Shown: positions 9,472 to 20,159, numbered from the stretch's first letter. The stretch: DNA of 64,000 bases from Candidatus Omnitrophica bacterium UBA6215 (GCA_002421665.1 DISH01000007.1:17278-81277), one strand, 5' to 3'. The notes: generated from the sequence alone by a model not told the origin. A program made the numbers and translations.

Positions 9472-10497
9472 TCAATTACTGTTTTTAAGTTCTTTCAAAA
9501 TTTCCTCCATATCAACGGATTTTGCCGCTATAAGCCTGTCGGCCGCGCCATAATAGATATATAACCTGCCGCCTTTTACTATGGCGCTCGTAGGGAACAC
9601 TACGTTATTGACATCTCCGCGTTTCTCCCATGGCTCTGCCGGGGAAAAGATGGGCCTTTTCAGGCGGCCTACGACCTTAGACGGATCGTCAATATCCAGC
9701 AATGCGGCGGCCGCGTGATAGATCCTTCCATAGCGAGAGTCTTCAACGGCATGATAAATCAACAACCAACCGTCTTCGGTTTCGATAGGCGGACATCCCC
9801 CGCCTATGTTCCTGCTCTCGAACCCGTATTCGGGGTCCAATAAAACGAACTTGCCCAGGTCCCTGAGATTATCTCTCCAGTAATCGTCGGTAAGGTCCTT
9901 GAAATCCTCGAAATATATCCCCTGTATCCCCGGAAGGATGCGGTGGACCAATAAAAATTTATTATTGAATTTCTTCGGGAAGATAAAAGCGTCCTTCTCC
10001 CAGAGCAATATATCATCGCCCTGCCTGTGCCTTATATATGATTCGAAGATAAAGTACTTCTCCCTCATCCTGATTTTAGAAGAGCCGAAGAGGCTGCCCG
10101 CTTCGGCATAGGTAATGCGCGGCGAGATCACCCCATGCTTGACAAAACTGACAAGGTCCGTGCTTGTAGCGTAAGCAAACAGGGCGTTCCTACCGTCGTA
10201 AGCCGTATAAAAAAGATAATATATCCCGTCCAGAAAAACTATTCGCGGGTCTTCCACGCCCATTTTCTCGTAATCATATTCCGGAAAAAGGACCGGCTTA
10301 TCAAACCTTTCCACGGCCTTATTATCAACCAGCCTGCAGCGGCCTATAGATGAGGACATGTCCCCGCGCCTGATGCCCCTGTAAAACATGTGGGTTACAC
10401 CGTCCAACTCGACACAGGCAGGATTCAATACCGCCTGGTTATCAAACCCGTTCTCCGAACTTTCAAGTACGATACCTTCATTTTTGACTTTGATCAT
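9472..10497 (-). CDS. GH130 family glycoside hydrolase/phosphorylase (PH1107-related, DUF377)
   Basis: 341 aa with GH130 hallmarks (GVEDPRIVFLDGIYYLFYTAYDG..., 5-bladed beta-propeller pattern). Confidence 0.7.
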   Translation of the reverse strand: MIKVKNEGIVLESSENGFDNQAVLNPACVELDGVTHMFYRGIRRGDMSSSIGRCRLVDNKAVERFDKPVLFPEYDYEKMGVEDPRIVFLDGIYYLFYTAYDGRNALFAYATSTDLVSFVKHGVISPRITYAEAGSLFGSSKIRMREKYFIFESYIRHRQGDDILLWEKDAFIFPKKFNNKFLLVHRILPGIQGIYFEDFKDLTDDYWRDNLRDLGKFVLLDPEYGFESRNIGGGCPPIETEDGWLLIYHAVEDSRYGRIYHAAAALLDIDDPSKVVGRLKRPIFSPAEPWEKRGDVNNVVFPTSAIVKGGRLYIYYGAADRLIAAKSVDMEEILKELKNSN

Positions 10498-10527
10498 TAT
10501 ATATTTATTAAGAACCCCTCTCCGGTC

Positions 10528-11910
10528 TTATTTAGAACCCAGCTTCCTTAAGTTGCCTCCCTTATGCAAGTGCTCCTCAATCTGCTCAAGGGTAAGTCCC
10601 TTGGTCTCAGGAACGCATAAATAGCAGTATACTATACCAGCCAAACAGACCGCGGCGAACAGCCAGAAGGTCCCGGCCTTGCCGAGTTTATCGGTCAGGG
10701 TCAGGAAAGTCGCCGCCACCAGCATGTTGAAACCCCAGTTGGCGACAGTCGCCAAACTCATAGCCCTGCCGCGAACCTTTAACGGATATATCTCGGCGAT
10801 GATAAGCCAGAATATAGGGCCCAAGCTTATTGCAAAAGAGGCTATATAAAACAGGACGCTGCCCACAGCTATCCACTTAAGCATCCCTGACAACGTCGCC
10901 GTATTGAAAGCAAAACCGAGGACAGCCAGGCTCAAGCACATGCCTGTCATGCCGATATACAACAGAGGCTTACGGCCAAGTTTGTCCAAAAGCCAGATGG
11001 CGACCAAGGTCATAAGGACGTTCACGGTCCCCACGCCGACGGTAGCCAGTATGGCAACCTTGTGGGAACCGAATCCTGCAAACTCAAATATGGTAGGCGC
11101 ATAATATATTATGGTGTTTATCCCGGTCGCCTGCTGGAAGAACGCAAGCGCGATGCCGACTACAAGAGCAGGCCTGACCCACGGCTTGAATACCTGGTCC
11201 CAGGAACATTCTTTTTCGGCAGCGGTCCTGGAGATGCCTTCGATCTCCTTCTCGACCGATCCTTCGGTATGCGTGCGCCTTAATACGTCTTTAGCCCGGT
11301 CTATAAAACCGCGCGAGACAAGCCAGCGCGGGGATTCGGGCAGGAATATCATCCCTATCAGAAGGATGGCGGCGGGAACCGCGCCGAACGCGAACATCCA
11401 ACGCCATTCGTCCTTGCCGAGGGTAAGCGCATAATCAACCAGGTATGAAACCACGATACCGCACGTGATCATCAGCTGGTTCAAGGACACCAACGCTCCC
11501 CTGACATCGGGCGGGGATATCTCGGAAATGTAAAGCGGGGCAACATAAGAGGCCACGCCTATTGCAAGCCCGATCAAAAAACGAAAGGCGATCAATAAAG
11601 GTATGCTGGGAGATAATGCCGCACCGATGGCGCCGGCGGAAAAAAGTACGGCTGTGAGCACAATGCTGCGCCGGCGGCCCAGGCGATCGGCCATAGCGCC
11701 GCTGAACGCTGCGCCGATGACCGCGCCCAACAAAACCGCGCTTACCACCTTTTCCACAAGAACAGCACTAAGGCTGAACTGGTCTTTGATATAGAGAATA
11801 GCGCCCGAGATGACCCCGGTATCGTAACCAAAGAGCAGGCCGGCTAAAGCCGCAACAAAAGCGATAATGTAAATAATAAAAAGGTTATTATGCCCTTTAG
11901 GCTCTGCCAT
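10528..11910 (-). CDS. MFS sugar porter family transporter
   Basis: 460 aa, 12 TM, with sugar-porter motifs (DRLGRRRSI, PESPRWL, PETKG). Confidence 0.85.
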   Translation of the reverse strand: MAEPKGHNNLFIIYIIAFVAALAGLLFGYDTGVISGAILYIKDQFSLSAVLVEKVVSAVLLGAVIGAAFSGAMADRLGRRRSIVLTAVLFSAGAIGAALSPSIPLLIAFRFLIGLAIGVASYVAPLYISEISPPDVRGALVSLNQLMITCGIVVSYLVDYALTLGKDEWRWMFAFGAVPAAILLIGMIFLPESPRWLVSRGFIDRAKDVLRRTHTEGSVEKEIEGISRTAAEKECSWDQVFKPWVRPALVVGIALAFFQQATGINTIIYYAPTIFEFAGFGSHKVAILATVGVGTVNVLMTLVAIWLLDKLGRKPLLYIGMTGMCLSLAVLGFAFNTATLSGMLKWIAVGSVLFYIASFAISLGPIFWLIIAEIYPLKVRGRAMSLATVANWGFNMLVAATFLTLTDKLGKAGTFWLFAAVCLAGIVYCYLCVPETKGLTLEQIEEHLHKGGNLRKLGSK

Positions 11911-11925
11911 ATCCTTTTCCCCCGT

Positions 11926-13203
11926 TTAGAAGGTTACGCCCACACGTGCGCCGACCACAAGGGCGTCATCTATATCCTTGTCTCCGCCGTGGGGATTGAT
12001 TATATACTGGAGATCGGGCTGGAGATACAGCCACTTGTTCACGGCGATCTTATAGGTAGCTTCTACGACCATCTCATATTTCTGGCGGGTACCGCCGGAA
12101 TCCGTCTCATACTTGCCCAGCTGTCTGCTCCATTTGCCGTAGGCATAACCGATACCGGCGATGTCATCCCCTCTTCCGGGTATAAGCCCCTTATAGGTCA
12201 GGCCCGCATCTATAAAGAAAGGCATCTCGTTAACATCATCCGGCTGCCATGTTACCACAAAGAACGGTGTGAACCCTTCGTCGGCCGTGCCGGACTCGCG
12301 GTAAAGCATCTGGTCTACATGCAGGTAAAGACCGTAGTTGCCGTGGCGCCTCTTCGGGTCCAGCCCGCTAAGGGCGCAGGAATTGCCGTTCTCGTCCTCA
12401 TAAAGGTCGGTAAAACGGCCCGAGCTGTAAAAAAGGCCGAGCTTATAATTGCCCGGCATGCCCTTGGAACCTTCAGCCTGGTTATTCAGGTAACTGAACT
12501 CCTGGATAAAGAGCAGGCCCTTGTTCCTGCGCCAGGAGAAATCCGCGCCGTGCGCGTCCATGCGAGCAATCTTCGGGTCCTGGTGGTAGATACCGCCCTT
12601 CCAGGTAAAAGAATCCGTCGGGCTCGCCCTGAGGCGCGCGCCCCAAGTCGCCGTAGGATAAGTTGTGAAGAAAAAGTTTATCGGCAGGTTGATCGGGCAT
12701 CCGTCGATAGAGTTCGTAAGGAATATCCAATACAACGGTGACTGGGCAAAATCGTCTCCTGTCCCAAGACGGCCCAACTTAAGGCTTACTTTATCATCAA
12801 GCATAGCCTGCTCAAGGTACAGGTTATATAAACGTATCTCTTCCGAGCCGTAAATGCTCGAAGGCGGGAAGCGGTTGCCTATATCGTCGCTTAAGTTATC
12901 GCCCTGGCGGTATACGCCGGAGGCATGGGACTGCAGGCCGGCCAACCCGCATAGCTTCTCCATGTCAAAATTCACGTCAAGGCCGGTGGAAGAGTCATAA
13001 CGGAAACGGCGGCCATCCTCTCCGCCGGATACGTTCCCCAGAAGGTCTGTCACGTAAGTTCCGGTAAAATCTATTCCCTTATCGGAAAGCTTCTGCCTTT
13101 GCCCCGCCCAATCGCCGAGCAAGTACTGGCCGTCCCACCAAGACCCGAAAACGCAGGTTTGGGACACAAGAAGCAAAAGTATGGCGAAAAATAATTTTTT
13201 CAT
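11926..13203 (-). CDS. oprB: Carbohydrate-selective porin, OprB family (outer membrane)
   Basis: 425 aa with signal peptide, beta-strand-rich sequence ending in aromatic-X-F (VGVTF). OprB-like N-terminus (WWDGQYLLGDWAGQRQKL). Confidence 0.6.
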   Translation of the reverse strand: MKKLFFAILLLLVSQTCVFGSWWDGQYLLGDWAGQRQKLSDKGIDFTGTYVTDLLGNVSGGEDGRRFRYDSSTGLDVNFDMEKLCGLAGLQSHASGVYRQGDNLSDDIGNRFPPSSIYGSEEIRLYNLYLEQAMLDDKVSLKLGRLGTGDDFAQSPLYWIFLTNSIDGCPINLPINFFFTTYPTATWGARLRASPTDSFTWKGGIYHQDPKIARMDAHGADFSWRRNKGLLFIQEFSYLNNQAEGSKGMPGNYKLGLFYSSGRFTDLYEDENGNSCALSGLDPKRRHGNYGLYLHVDQMLYRESGTADEGFTPFFVVTWQPDDVNEMPFFIDAGLTYKGLIPGRGDDIAGIGYAYGKWSRQLGKYETDSGGTRQKYEMVVEATYKIAVNKWLYLQPDLQYIINPHGGDKDIDDALVVGARVGVTF

Positions 13204-13232
13204 CCGCCCTTATTATATAACGCTGAGTAAGA

Positions 13233-14171
13233 TTAGCAAGGGATTTTTCTGACTGCGTCGGAAAATTCGGAGGCGGCCCGATATGGCGGCGTGAAATCAA
13301 GGACGGCCTTAAGCCGTCCTATATCATATACCCTGTCCTTAGATAAAAACTTTACGTATTTGCCTATAACCGGCATGAACATCACCGCACGGGTCAATGA
13401 CCGCGGCAATATAAGAGGCCGGTTTACGCCAAGCGCCTTTGAGGCGATCTCAAAAAGTTGGCGCACGGTCAATACCTCTTCATCGGCGATATTGAATATC
13501 TCCCCCTCCGCGCGGGGGTCTTCCATACAGCGTACAAAACACGCCGCGACATTGCGTACGGAGACCAGGTGCAGGCGCACATCGGCGGCAAAGTAAGGTA
13601 TGATAAATAACCGGAACCGGGCAATTTTCGCCAAAAGCGGCATCTGGTGCGGTTCGCCTTCCCCGTAAACCATGCACGGGCGCAAGATCAACATAGGAAG
13701 GCCTTTTTCACGGAATCCGACGGCGATCTTTTCCGCTTCCATCTTTGAAACGCCATACTTATTGGTAGGCTTATACGGCAGGTCTTCTCTTAAGGGTATT
13801 TCGGTATTGCCTGAATTCACGGCTACCGAACTGGTATAGAGGAATTTTTTGACACCGCGTTCCAGCGCGAAACGGCAGATGTTTTCCGTCCCGATCACGT
13901 TGATACGCTCGAGCGTCTGTGCGTCGTTGCCGACAAACCCCGCGCAATGGAATATAACGTCCCAATTCCCGCGGACGGAATCCAGTGAAGGCCTGTCGGT
14001 AATATCGGCGTAAATGATCTCGACCTTTTTGTCCTTCAAGGGCGAGACATTCGAAGTATTACGCGCCAGCGCCGTCAAATCGGTATATCCGCCGGCGATG
14101 AGTTCGTCAACCAGGAACCTGCCTAAAAATCCGGTGGCACCTGTAATAAGTATCTTTATATCGCGGTCCAA
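13233..14171 (-). CDS. NAD-dependent epimerase/dehydratase (SDR family)
   Basis: 312 aa, N-terminal Rossmann GATGFLG, catalytic Y..K (YGVSK). Confidence 0.8.
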   Translation of the reverse strand: MDRDIKILITGATGFLGRFLVDELIAGGYTDLTALARNTSNVSPLKDKKVEIIYADITDRPSLDSVRGNWDVIFHCAGFVGNDAQTLERINVIGTENICRFALERGVKKFLYTSSVAVNSGNTEIPLREDLPYKPTNKYGVSKMEAEKIAVGFREKGLPMLILRPCMVYGEGEPHQMPLLAKIARFRLFIIPYFAADVRLHLVSVRNVAACFVRCMEDPRAEGEIFNIADEEVLTVRQLFEIASKALGVNRPLILPRSLTRAVMFMPVIGKYVKFLSKDRVYDIGRLKAVLDFTPPYRAASEFSDAVRKIPC

Positions 14172-14204
14172 TCGCGCCTCAAAAAAAGAACATCCGTAAC
14201 CGGA

Positions 14205-14660
14205 CTAAGGGCAAGCAGCCGGGGCGGCATTGATCCTTGAATACAGCTCATCCGATACATACTTTCCAAGTGAATAATTCCCGCAATATACCACTACCTC
14301 GGATTTGTTCTCGCCCGCGGGACGGATGACGATCCCGACTTCGGTCGTATTTATACAAGACTTGAATAATATGTCGAAGCCTATGGCCGTGATCAGATAG
14401 TCCTTCCTGTCCTTCTTTAATATCTCGGCCTGCATCTTTTTAAGCGTAGATATTGCCAGATCGAACAGCTTATCCCTTTCGATCTCATATCCCCTTACAT
14501 AATGGTGGTCCGAGGAAACCACATCATGGACATTTAATCCAAAAAACTCCTGCCTTATCTCGGTGGTAGAGCAACCCTGAAACGCCAACGGCAAGAGAAA
14601 CGCCAGCAAAAGCCCCAGACAGCGGACAAAACCGCCTTTAACCAAAACCGTCTTTTCCAT
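14205..14660 (-). CDS. Hypothetical lipoprotein
   Basis: 151 aa with signal peptide and lipobox (LAFQGCS). No recognisable domain. Confidence 0.4.
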   Translation of the reverse strand: MEKTVLVKGGFVRCLGLLLAFLLPLAFQGCSTTEIRQEFFGLNVHDVVSSDHHYVRGYEIERDKLFDLAISTLKKMQAEILKKDRKDYLITAIGFDILFKSCINTTEVGIVIRPAGENKSEVVVYCGNYSLGKYVSDELYSRINAAPAACP

Positions 14661-14869
14661 TTTTATCTTCCTTTATCAGGTAAACCAAAACCGCTTTAAG
14701 CGGTTAAATATAATTGGGGGGGTTCCTTTCTCCTGAGCCGAGGAAAAACCTCTCTACTCTTTTATACGCCGCCCAATGTAACAATTACCTTAATATATGC
14801 CAAATTCTGCGAATCGGAGAGGTAATTCCTCGCTGATTACTGGTGTGGTGAGATAAAAACAGAGTTCTA

Positions 14870-15424
14870 TTACTCTTTCCCCCCAATAATTATCTCTACT
14901 TTTCCGTCAGACCTTGGTTTAATAATCTGCCCCACCACAGGTTTGCTATAGACAGCTTGGTCAACACCATCCACTTTCCATCCTTGCGAAGATAAATATT
15001 CTTTTATTTGCTCAGCGAATTGAAATGCTTCTTGGTCGCCCATAACTGCTGTAATCACGATAGTCTTATCTTTTTCGCTCGGAAGATGCGCCTGGAGAGC
15101 CAAGGCTACTTGTTGATTAAAAATTCGCGGCGTCTTTCCGATATTAACTTCTCCAGCGGTTATTCCACCTTGTTGATTACGACTAGTGACATTGTATACT
15201 TTCTTATCCTTATTTTCTTCCTTATTGAATATTTTGGTCACCCCCCAAATTATTCCTGTTCCTATTAGGATTACCATTACAGGAATTAAAAGATATTTGA
15301 AATATGGCTTTGCCCATACACCTTTATTTTCTTTCAAATCATCATTCTTAAAAATATTTACAATCCCGGCGGTTGTGCCGCCTTTTTGACTTTCACTTTT
15401 TACATTGATTATTTTTTTAGCCAT
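14870..15424 (-). CDS. Hypothetical single-pass membrane protein with internal repeat; AT-rich
   Basis: 184 aa with one TM and an internal repeat (SESQKGGTTAGIVNI / SRNQQGGITAGEVNI). ~35% GC versus ~55% in flanks. Lies immediately downstream of the tRNA cluster. Confidence 0.35.
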   Translation of the reverse strand: MAKKIINVKSESQKGGTTAGIVNIFKNDDLKENKGVWAKPYFKYLLIPVMVILIGTGIIWGVTKIFNKEENKDKKVYNVTSRNQQGGITAGEVNIGKTPRIFNQQVALALQAHLPSEKDKTIVITAVMGDQEAFQFAEQIKEYLSSQGWKVDGVDQAVYSKPVVGQIIKPRSDGKVEIIIGGKE

Positions 15425-15450
15425 ATTGTACTATTTTATTTTCCTAAATT

Positions 15451-15528
15451 TGGGGTGGGTGACGGGGGTCGAACCCGCGACAACGGGAGCCACAGTCCCG
15501 TGCTCTAACCAACTGAGCTACACCCACC
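15451..15528 (-). tRNA. tRNA-His (anticodon GTG)
   Basis: Manual cloverleaf: G-1 + GTGGGTG acceptor, anticodon loop CTGTGGC, T-loop TTCGACC, discriminator C, encoded CCA. Confidence 0.85.
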
Positions 15529-15648
15529 GCAAGATCTGTATATGTTTATCTTATCCCTCGCCTAAACGCTCGCATTTTTTACGTAAAACGTAAAAAATAC
15601 TTCGCAGGCTTCGGGATGAATTCACTACTTCCGTAAACGGGAATTCTA

Positions 15649-15725
<77 letters not shown>

Positions 15726-15757
15726 GTATTTCTCTACCCCCTATATAGGGGAAATTA

Positions 15758-15835
15758 TGGTCGGGGCGCTCGGACTTGAACCGAGGACCTTCTGCTCCCA
15801 AAGCAGACGCGCTAGCCAAACTGCGCTACGCCCCG
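15758..15835 (-). tRNA. tRNA-Pro (anticodon TGG)
   Basis: Manual cloverleaf: acceptor CGGGGCG/CGCCCCG, anticodon loop TTTGGGA, T-loop TTCAAGT, discriminator A, encoded CCA. Confidence 0.85.
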
Positions 15836-15903
15836 GGATAAAAAATCGCTCCCGTTCGTCGGGGAGCGGCGCGATTTCCCATTGAGATTTTACCAATTCA
15901 GGC

Positions 15904-15933
15904 TTGCAAAGTCAAACCCTTTTAATATAGAAT
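15904..15933 (+). promoter_or_regulatory. Putative sigma70-like promoter for the AsmA-family gene (TTGCAA -35, TAGAAT/TATAGA -10), possibly leaderless
   Basis: TTGCAA at 15904-15909 and TATAGAAT at 15926-15933, with 16-18 nt spacer. Start codon at 15941 leaves almost no leader. Confidence 0.3.
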
Positions 15934-15940
15934 ACTACCT

Positions 15941-18862
15941 ATGCAGGAGCAGCCAAGACCGAGGGGTGTCCCCTTTTTACAGAAATTATTCTTCCTTTTC
16001 ATACTGCTCGCCGTATTCGGCTCCATAGGACTGTGGTATGTCAACGAATATATCATGCCTACAAAAGGCAGGGCGCTTGTCCTTGATTACCTCGCCGGGG
16101 CAACGGGCCGCGAGATAGTCCTCGGGGACGTCTATTACAACCCCCTGCGCGGGATAATACTCAAGGACCTGTCGATCTCCGATGAAAAGAAGTATAACCG
16201 CAAGTTCCTTGAGGTTAAAAAACTTTACCTGAACATTCTTTACCTCCCGCTGCTGCAGGAGAAGAAGTTCGTCGTCTCATCGGTAAGGATCGAATCCCCC
16301 AAGATATACCTTACCGTCAACGAGATGAACGAGTGGAACTTCTCCTCCCTGCTGTTCCTGAAACAGGCGGAAGGCCGGCCGGAGAACGTCCTGGTCAACA
16401 GCATCTCGGTATCCGGAGGTACATGCGTATTCGAGGACCTGGCTACCGAACCCGACTTCAAGCAGGAGATCAAGGACGCGGACCTGTCCGTTTCCCTCTC
16501 TTATCCGCTAAAGGTCAAATTCAGGATGAATTCGGAACTCGTCATGGCGCAAAAGAACTCCGTATCGGCCGACGGGGAATTCTACCCGGCAAGCGGCAAT
16601 ACAGCCGTAAACCTCAGGATAAAGAACGTGCCGCTCTCGGAATTCAAGCCGTACTATGACGGTATGCCCTTCAAGTCCCTTTCCGGCAACCTTACGGGGA
16701 ACATAAGTTGTGTTTACGCGCCGGGCAAAAGCCTGGCTGTGGCAACGGTCTCTTCCGTTTCCGGAGTAGAGCTGGAACGTGATGACTTCAAAACAAAAGG
16801 CATCGTCGACCTGACCGGAAAGATGTTAATAGACCTCAAAGACGCTTCAAAGCTTAAAATGCCGTGCGTCATAACGGCATCCGCCAAAATAGACAGGCTG
16901 GACCTCTCTTCTTCCGGCTCATCGCCCGTTTTCGCGGTCAAAGGCGATATAAACGCCAACGGAAAATTCATACTTGACCTTAAAGACAGGAAGGTGCCTG
17001 TTAAATTTACGGCGGACACGCTGCTTCGCGATACAAGGATAAACGGCATACCGACGTTCGGCGCCATAGACAGGATAAACGGAAAGATATATTTCGATGA
17101 AACGAAACTTTGGACCGACCTGCTAAAAGGCTTAGCCAAGGGCTTCGATTGTGTATTTTCCGGAAGCATAAAGGATTATTCCGATCCTTACCTCAACCTG
17201 ACCGCCAGGACGGAACTGGACCTGGCGAGAATGGGTGAAATCATACCGCCGGAACTCAAGGAAAAACTAAAAGACTACAAATTCAGCGGGATCAGCAAAG
17301 TCGCCCTTAACGTTAACGGGCCGCTAAAGGGACAGGACAAGACGCCTCTCTCTTATACCGTTACGTCCGAACTACTGGATTGCAGCGTTAAACCGGAATT
17401 CCTGGACAAGCCCGTCAGATCGATAAACGGCTGCCTTTTAATAAAAGAGGATTCGTTATCTCTAAAGAACATAACCTCATTCTATGATGACAAGAAATAC
17501 CTGCTTAGCGGCGAGATAAAAGATTTCAAATCCCCGGCATGCGACATCTCGCTTTCCTCAGACGAACTTACGTTGAAAGCTGTCTTCAAGTCCGGGGATG
17601 ACTCACTGGTATTCAGCAGGTTCGACGGCAGGTACAGGGACAGTATCTTCAACCTTTCCGGGTCTGTTTCGGGGGGCATAGAACCGTCCCTGGAAATAAA
17701 GGGCACCCTTAAAACCAATATAGCCGAGATGGCGGCATATATATCGAAAGGAACCAGGGAATTTTACGATAAAATAGACCCGCGCGCCTCGGTCTATGCA
17801 GCTTTTGCGTTCAAGGGCAAAAGCCGGGACGAGGCCACCTGGAAAATAGACCTTACAAAACTGGAGGTAAAATCGGGCACGGAGAACGTTGTCCTTTTCG
17901 GGTCCGTCGCCAACCTAAAGGACCCTTCCCTGGATATAAGGGGCAGTCTCGACACCAATATCGAAGAGTTGAGGAAATACCTGCCCAAAGAACAGGCCGG
18001 ACTGCTTGAACAGAACGGTATCAAAGGCGGCGTCTCTTTAAAATTCGTCTTTAAAGGCAGGCAGAACGATATGGATTCCTGGGACGTTAACCTTGTGGCA
18101 GATTCTCCCCTCCTCGATGCCAGGAAACTCAAGTTCGATTCGGTCCACTTGGAAGGAAAATTCGTCGGGAAATATCTGACCGTATCAAGGCTGACCGCAA
18201 ACCCTTATGACGGTTCGCTTGCGGTAAATGCAGTCTTTGATTTCAATAAAGATAAGCCGCAATATGTGGCCCATATAGGCGCGCGCGACATCGATATCGG
18301 CAGGTGGAAGAACGATACTGAAATGAAAGACAAAAAATTGAGCGGGCGTTTTTCCGCGAACGCCGACCTCAGCGGGACCTCGGGCGAGCCCGGGACACTA
18401 AAAGGCGGAGGAAGTTTCAGGATATCCGACGGAAGTTTCTGGGAACTGCCCGTCTTCTCGGGACTGGCCAATATACTCTATATACCGAAGGTAAACAAGA
18501 TAGTATTCGGCCAGGCGCAGGGCACCTTTACCGTTGCGGAAATGAAGGTCCGCACTGATGACACCAAGATGAGTTCCCCGCAGATGGACCTCATCGGAAA
18601 CGGTACGGTCGATTTCGACGGAAATCTGGATTTCCAGGTCACGGCCGTATTCGATAAAGCCCTTATCCAGATACCCTCGTCCCTTGGACCTTTCCGCGAC
18701 TTGCTGATAGACAAGGACGGACGCTATCTCGGGGATATCAATCTAAACGGGACGACAAAAGAACCTAAGTTCGACCCGAAACCTCCGCGGCTGGACAAGA
18801 TCTGGAACAACAGGCTGTTCGACAATATCAAGAAAGGTATTTTCGGAGACAGTTCAGAATAA
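15941..18862 (+). CDS. AsmA-family protein (outer-membrane biogenesis / intermembrane lipid-transport TamB-like)
   Basis: 973 aa with an N-terminal TM anchor followed by a long beta-rich periplasmic region. AsmA-like N-terminal region (LKDLSISDEK..., VSSVRIESPKIYL). Confidence 0.6.
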   Translation: MQEQPRPRGVPFLQKLFFLFILLAVFGSIGLWYVNEYIMPTKGRALVLDYLAGATGREIVLGDVYYNPLRGIILKDLSISDEKKYNRKFLEVKKLYLNILYLPLLQEKKFVVSSVRIESPKIYLTVNEMNEWNFSSLLFLKQAEGRPENVLVNSISVSGGTCVFEDLATEPDFKQEIKDADLSVSLSYPLKVKFRMNSELVMAQKNSVSADGEFYPASGNTAVNLRIKNVPLSEFKPYYDGMPFKSLSGNLTGNISCVYAPGKSLAVATVSSVSGVELERDDFKTKGIVDLTGKMLIDLKDASKLKMPCVITASAKIDRLDLSSSGSSPVFAVKGDINANGKFILDLKDRKVPVKFTADTLLRDTRINGIPTFGAIDRINGKIYFDETKLWTDLLKGLAKGFDCVFSGSIKDYSDPYLNLTARTELDLARMGEIIPPELKEKLKDYKFSGISKVALNVNGPLKGQDKTPLSYTVTSELLDCSVKPEFLDKPVRSINGCLLIKEDSLSLKNITSFYDDKKYLLSGEIKDFKSPACDISLSSDELTLKAVFKSGDDSLVFSRFDGRYRDSIFNLSGSVSGGIEPSLEIKGTLKTNIAEMAAYISKGTREFYDKIDPRASVYAAFAFKGKSRDEATWKIDLTKLEVKSGTENVVLFGSVANLKDPSLDIRGSLDTNIEELRKYLPKEQAGLLEQNGIKGGVSLKFVFKGRQNDMDSWDVNLVADSPLLDARKLKFDSVHLEGKFVGKYLTVSRLTANPYDGSLAVNAVFDFNKDKPQYVAHIGARDIDIGRWKNDTEMKDKKLSGRFSANADLSGTSGEPGTLKGGGSFRISDGSFWELPVFSGLANILYIPKVNKIVFGQAQGTFTVAEMKVRTDDTKMSSPQMDLIGNGTVDFDGNLDFQVTAVFDKALIQIPSSLGPFRDLLIDKDGRYLGDINLNGTTKEPKFDPKPPRLDKIWNNRLFDNIKKGIFGDSSE

Positions 18863-19436
18863 GCGGGCGCGCCTTCTTCAATGCCCTCGCGCGATGGCTC
18901 ACCGAGTTCTTGCGCGATGCGGATACTTCGGCAAAGGTCCTGCCGAAAGCCGGATAGAAAAAAACGGGATCATAACCGAATCCTCTGCAGCCTTTAGGCT
19001 CGCAGGTTATCATTCCTCTGCATTCCCCCCTGACCGTCTTCACACTGCCTTCCGGAGTCGAAACAGCAATGACGGAAACGAACCTGGCTTTCCTCTTCGC
19101 TTTGGGAATACCCGAAAGCATCCTGAGCAATTTACGGTTGTTGGCTGCGTAATCCGCCCCTCCGCCCGCGAACCTGGCGGACCTGACACCCGGCCGGCCC
19201 CCCAATACGTCGACCATAAGGCCGGAATCATCGGCGAGGGCGGGCTTTCCGGTAAATCCGGCTATCTTCACGGCTTTAAGCCTGGCGTTCTCTTCGAACG
19301 TCCTGCCGGTCTCCCTGACTTTCGGAGCAGAAGGAAAATCTTTGAGGTCCAGCACTTTAATGCCCAAACCCCTGAGGAGGGCCTTGAGTTCATGCTTCTT
19401 CTGGCTGTTACGGGACGATATGACGATCTCTCGCAT
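18828..19436 (-). CDS. rdgB: Non-canonical purine NTP pyrophosphatase (dITP/XTP pyrophosphatase, RdgB/HAM1)
   Basis: 202 aa, SRNSQKKHE...GFGYDPVFF motif. Confidence 0.85.
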   Translation of the reverse strand: MREIVISSRNSQKKHELKALLRGLGIKVLDLKDFPSAPKVRETGRTFEENARLKAVKIAGFTGKPALADDSGLMVDVLGGRPGVRSARFAGGGADYAANNRKLLRMLSGIPKAKRKARFVSVIAVSTPEGSVKTVRGECRGMITCEPKGCRGFGYDPVFFYPAFGRTFAEVSASRKNSVSHRARALKKARPLILNCLRKYLS

Positions 19437-20159
19437 TTATATCCCCAGAAGTTTTTTCTGTATATCGATAAGCTGGCCTATACCTTTCTTCGCCAGGCCG
19501 ATAAGTTCTTCGAGCTCTTCCCCGTCAAAAGGCTCGCCTTCCGCCGTCCCCTGTATCTCTATGAACTTACCCCTTCCCGTCATGACTATATTCATATCCA
19601 CATCCGCCTTGGAATCTTCCTCAAAAGCAAGGTCCAGGACAGGCTGTCCTTTTATCATGCCGACACTCGTAGCCGCAACATAATCGAGTATGGGCAGTTT
19701 CGCGAATACGCCTTTCTTCTTCATCGCCGACAATGCGTCCGCCAACGCGATAAAACTTCCTGTTATCGAGGCACAACGCGTTCCGCCGTCAGCCTGCAGA
19801 ACGTCGCAGTCTATCCAAACAGTCCGCTCCCCGAGCGCGGGAAGGTCAACAACCGCCCTTAACGAACGGCCTACAAGCCTCTGTATCTCGTGCGTCCTTC
19901 CGCCTATCGCACCCTTGACGGCTTCCCTCTGGACCCTCTGCTGGCAAGACCGCGGAAGCATCCCGTATTCCGAGGTCACCCACCCGGTACCTTTACCTTT
20001 CAGGAACTGGGGGACATTCTCATCTACCGACGCGGAACAAACAACCTTGGTATCACCAAGCTCTATAAGGCATGAGCCCTCGGCAAACTTAAGGTAATTA
20101 CGCGTAATGTTGACCTTTCTCAGGATCTCCGCTCCCCTGCCGTCGTTTCTTATTATCAT
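19437..20159 (-). CDS. rph: Ribonuclease PH
   Basis: 240 aa, RNase PH signature (LRAVVDL...[22 protein letters not shown]). Confidence 0.9.
   Translation of the reverse strand: MIIRNDGRGAEILRKVNITRNYLKFAEGSCLIELGDTKVVCSASVDENVPQFLKGKGTGWVTSEYGMLPRSCQQRVQREAVKGAIGGRTHEIQRLVGRSLRAVVDLPALGERTVWIDCDVLQADGGTRCASITGSFIALADALSAMKKKGVFAKLPILDYVAATSVGMIKGQPVLDLAFEEDSKADVDMNIVMTGRGKFIEIQGTAEGEPFDGEELEELIGLAKKGIGQLIDIQKKLLGI

Noticed and set aside
14709-14892. Short inverted G7/C6-containing motifs (tataattggggggg ... ccccccaataatta) flanking the 14205/14870 intergenic region
   Set aside because: Only ~14 nt, imperfect, and could arise by chance in a homopolymer-containing AT-rich spacer. No transposase or target duplication. 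Not enough to call a MITE or IS remnant.
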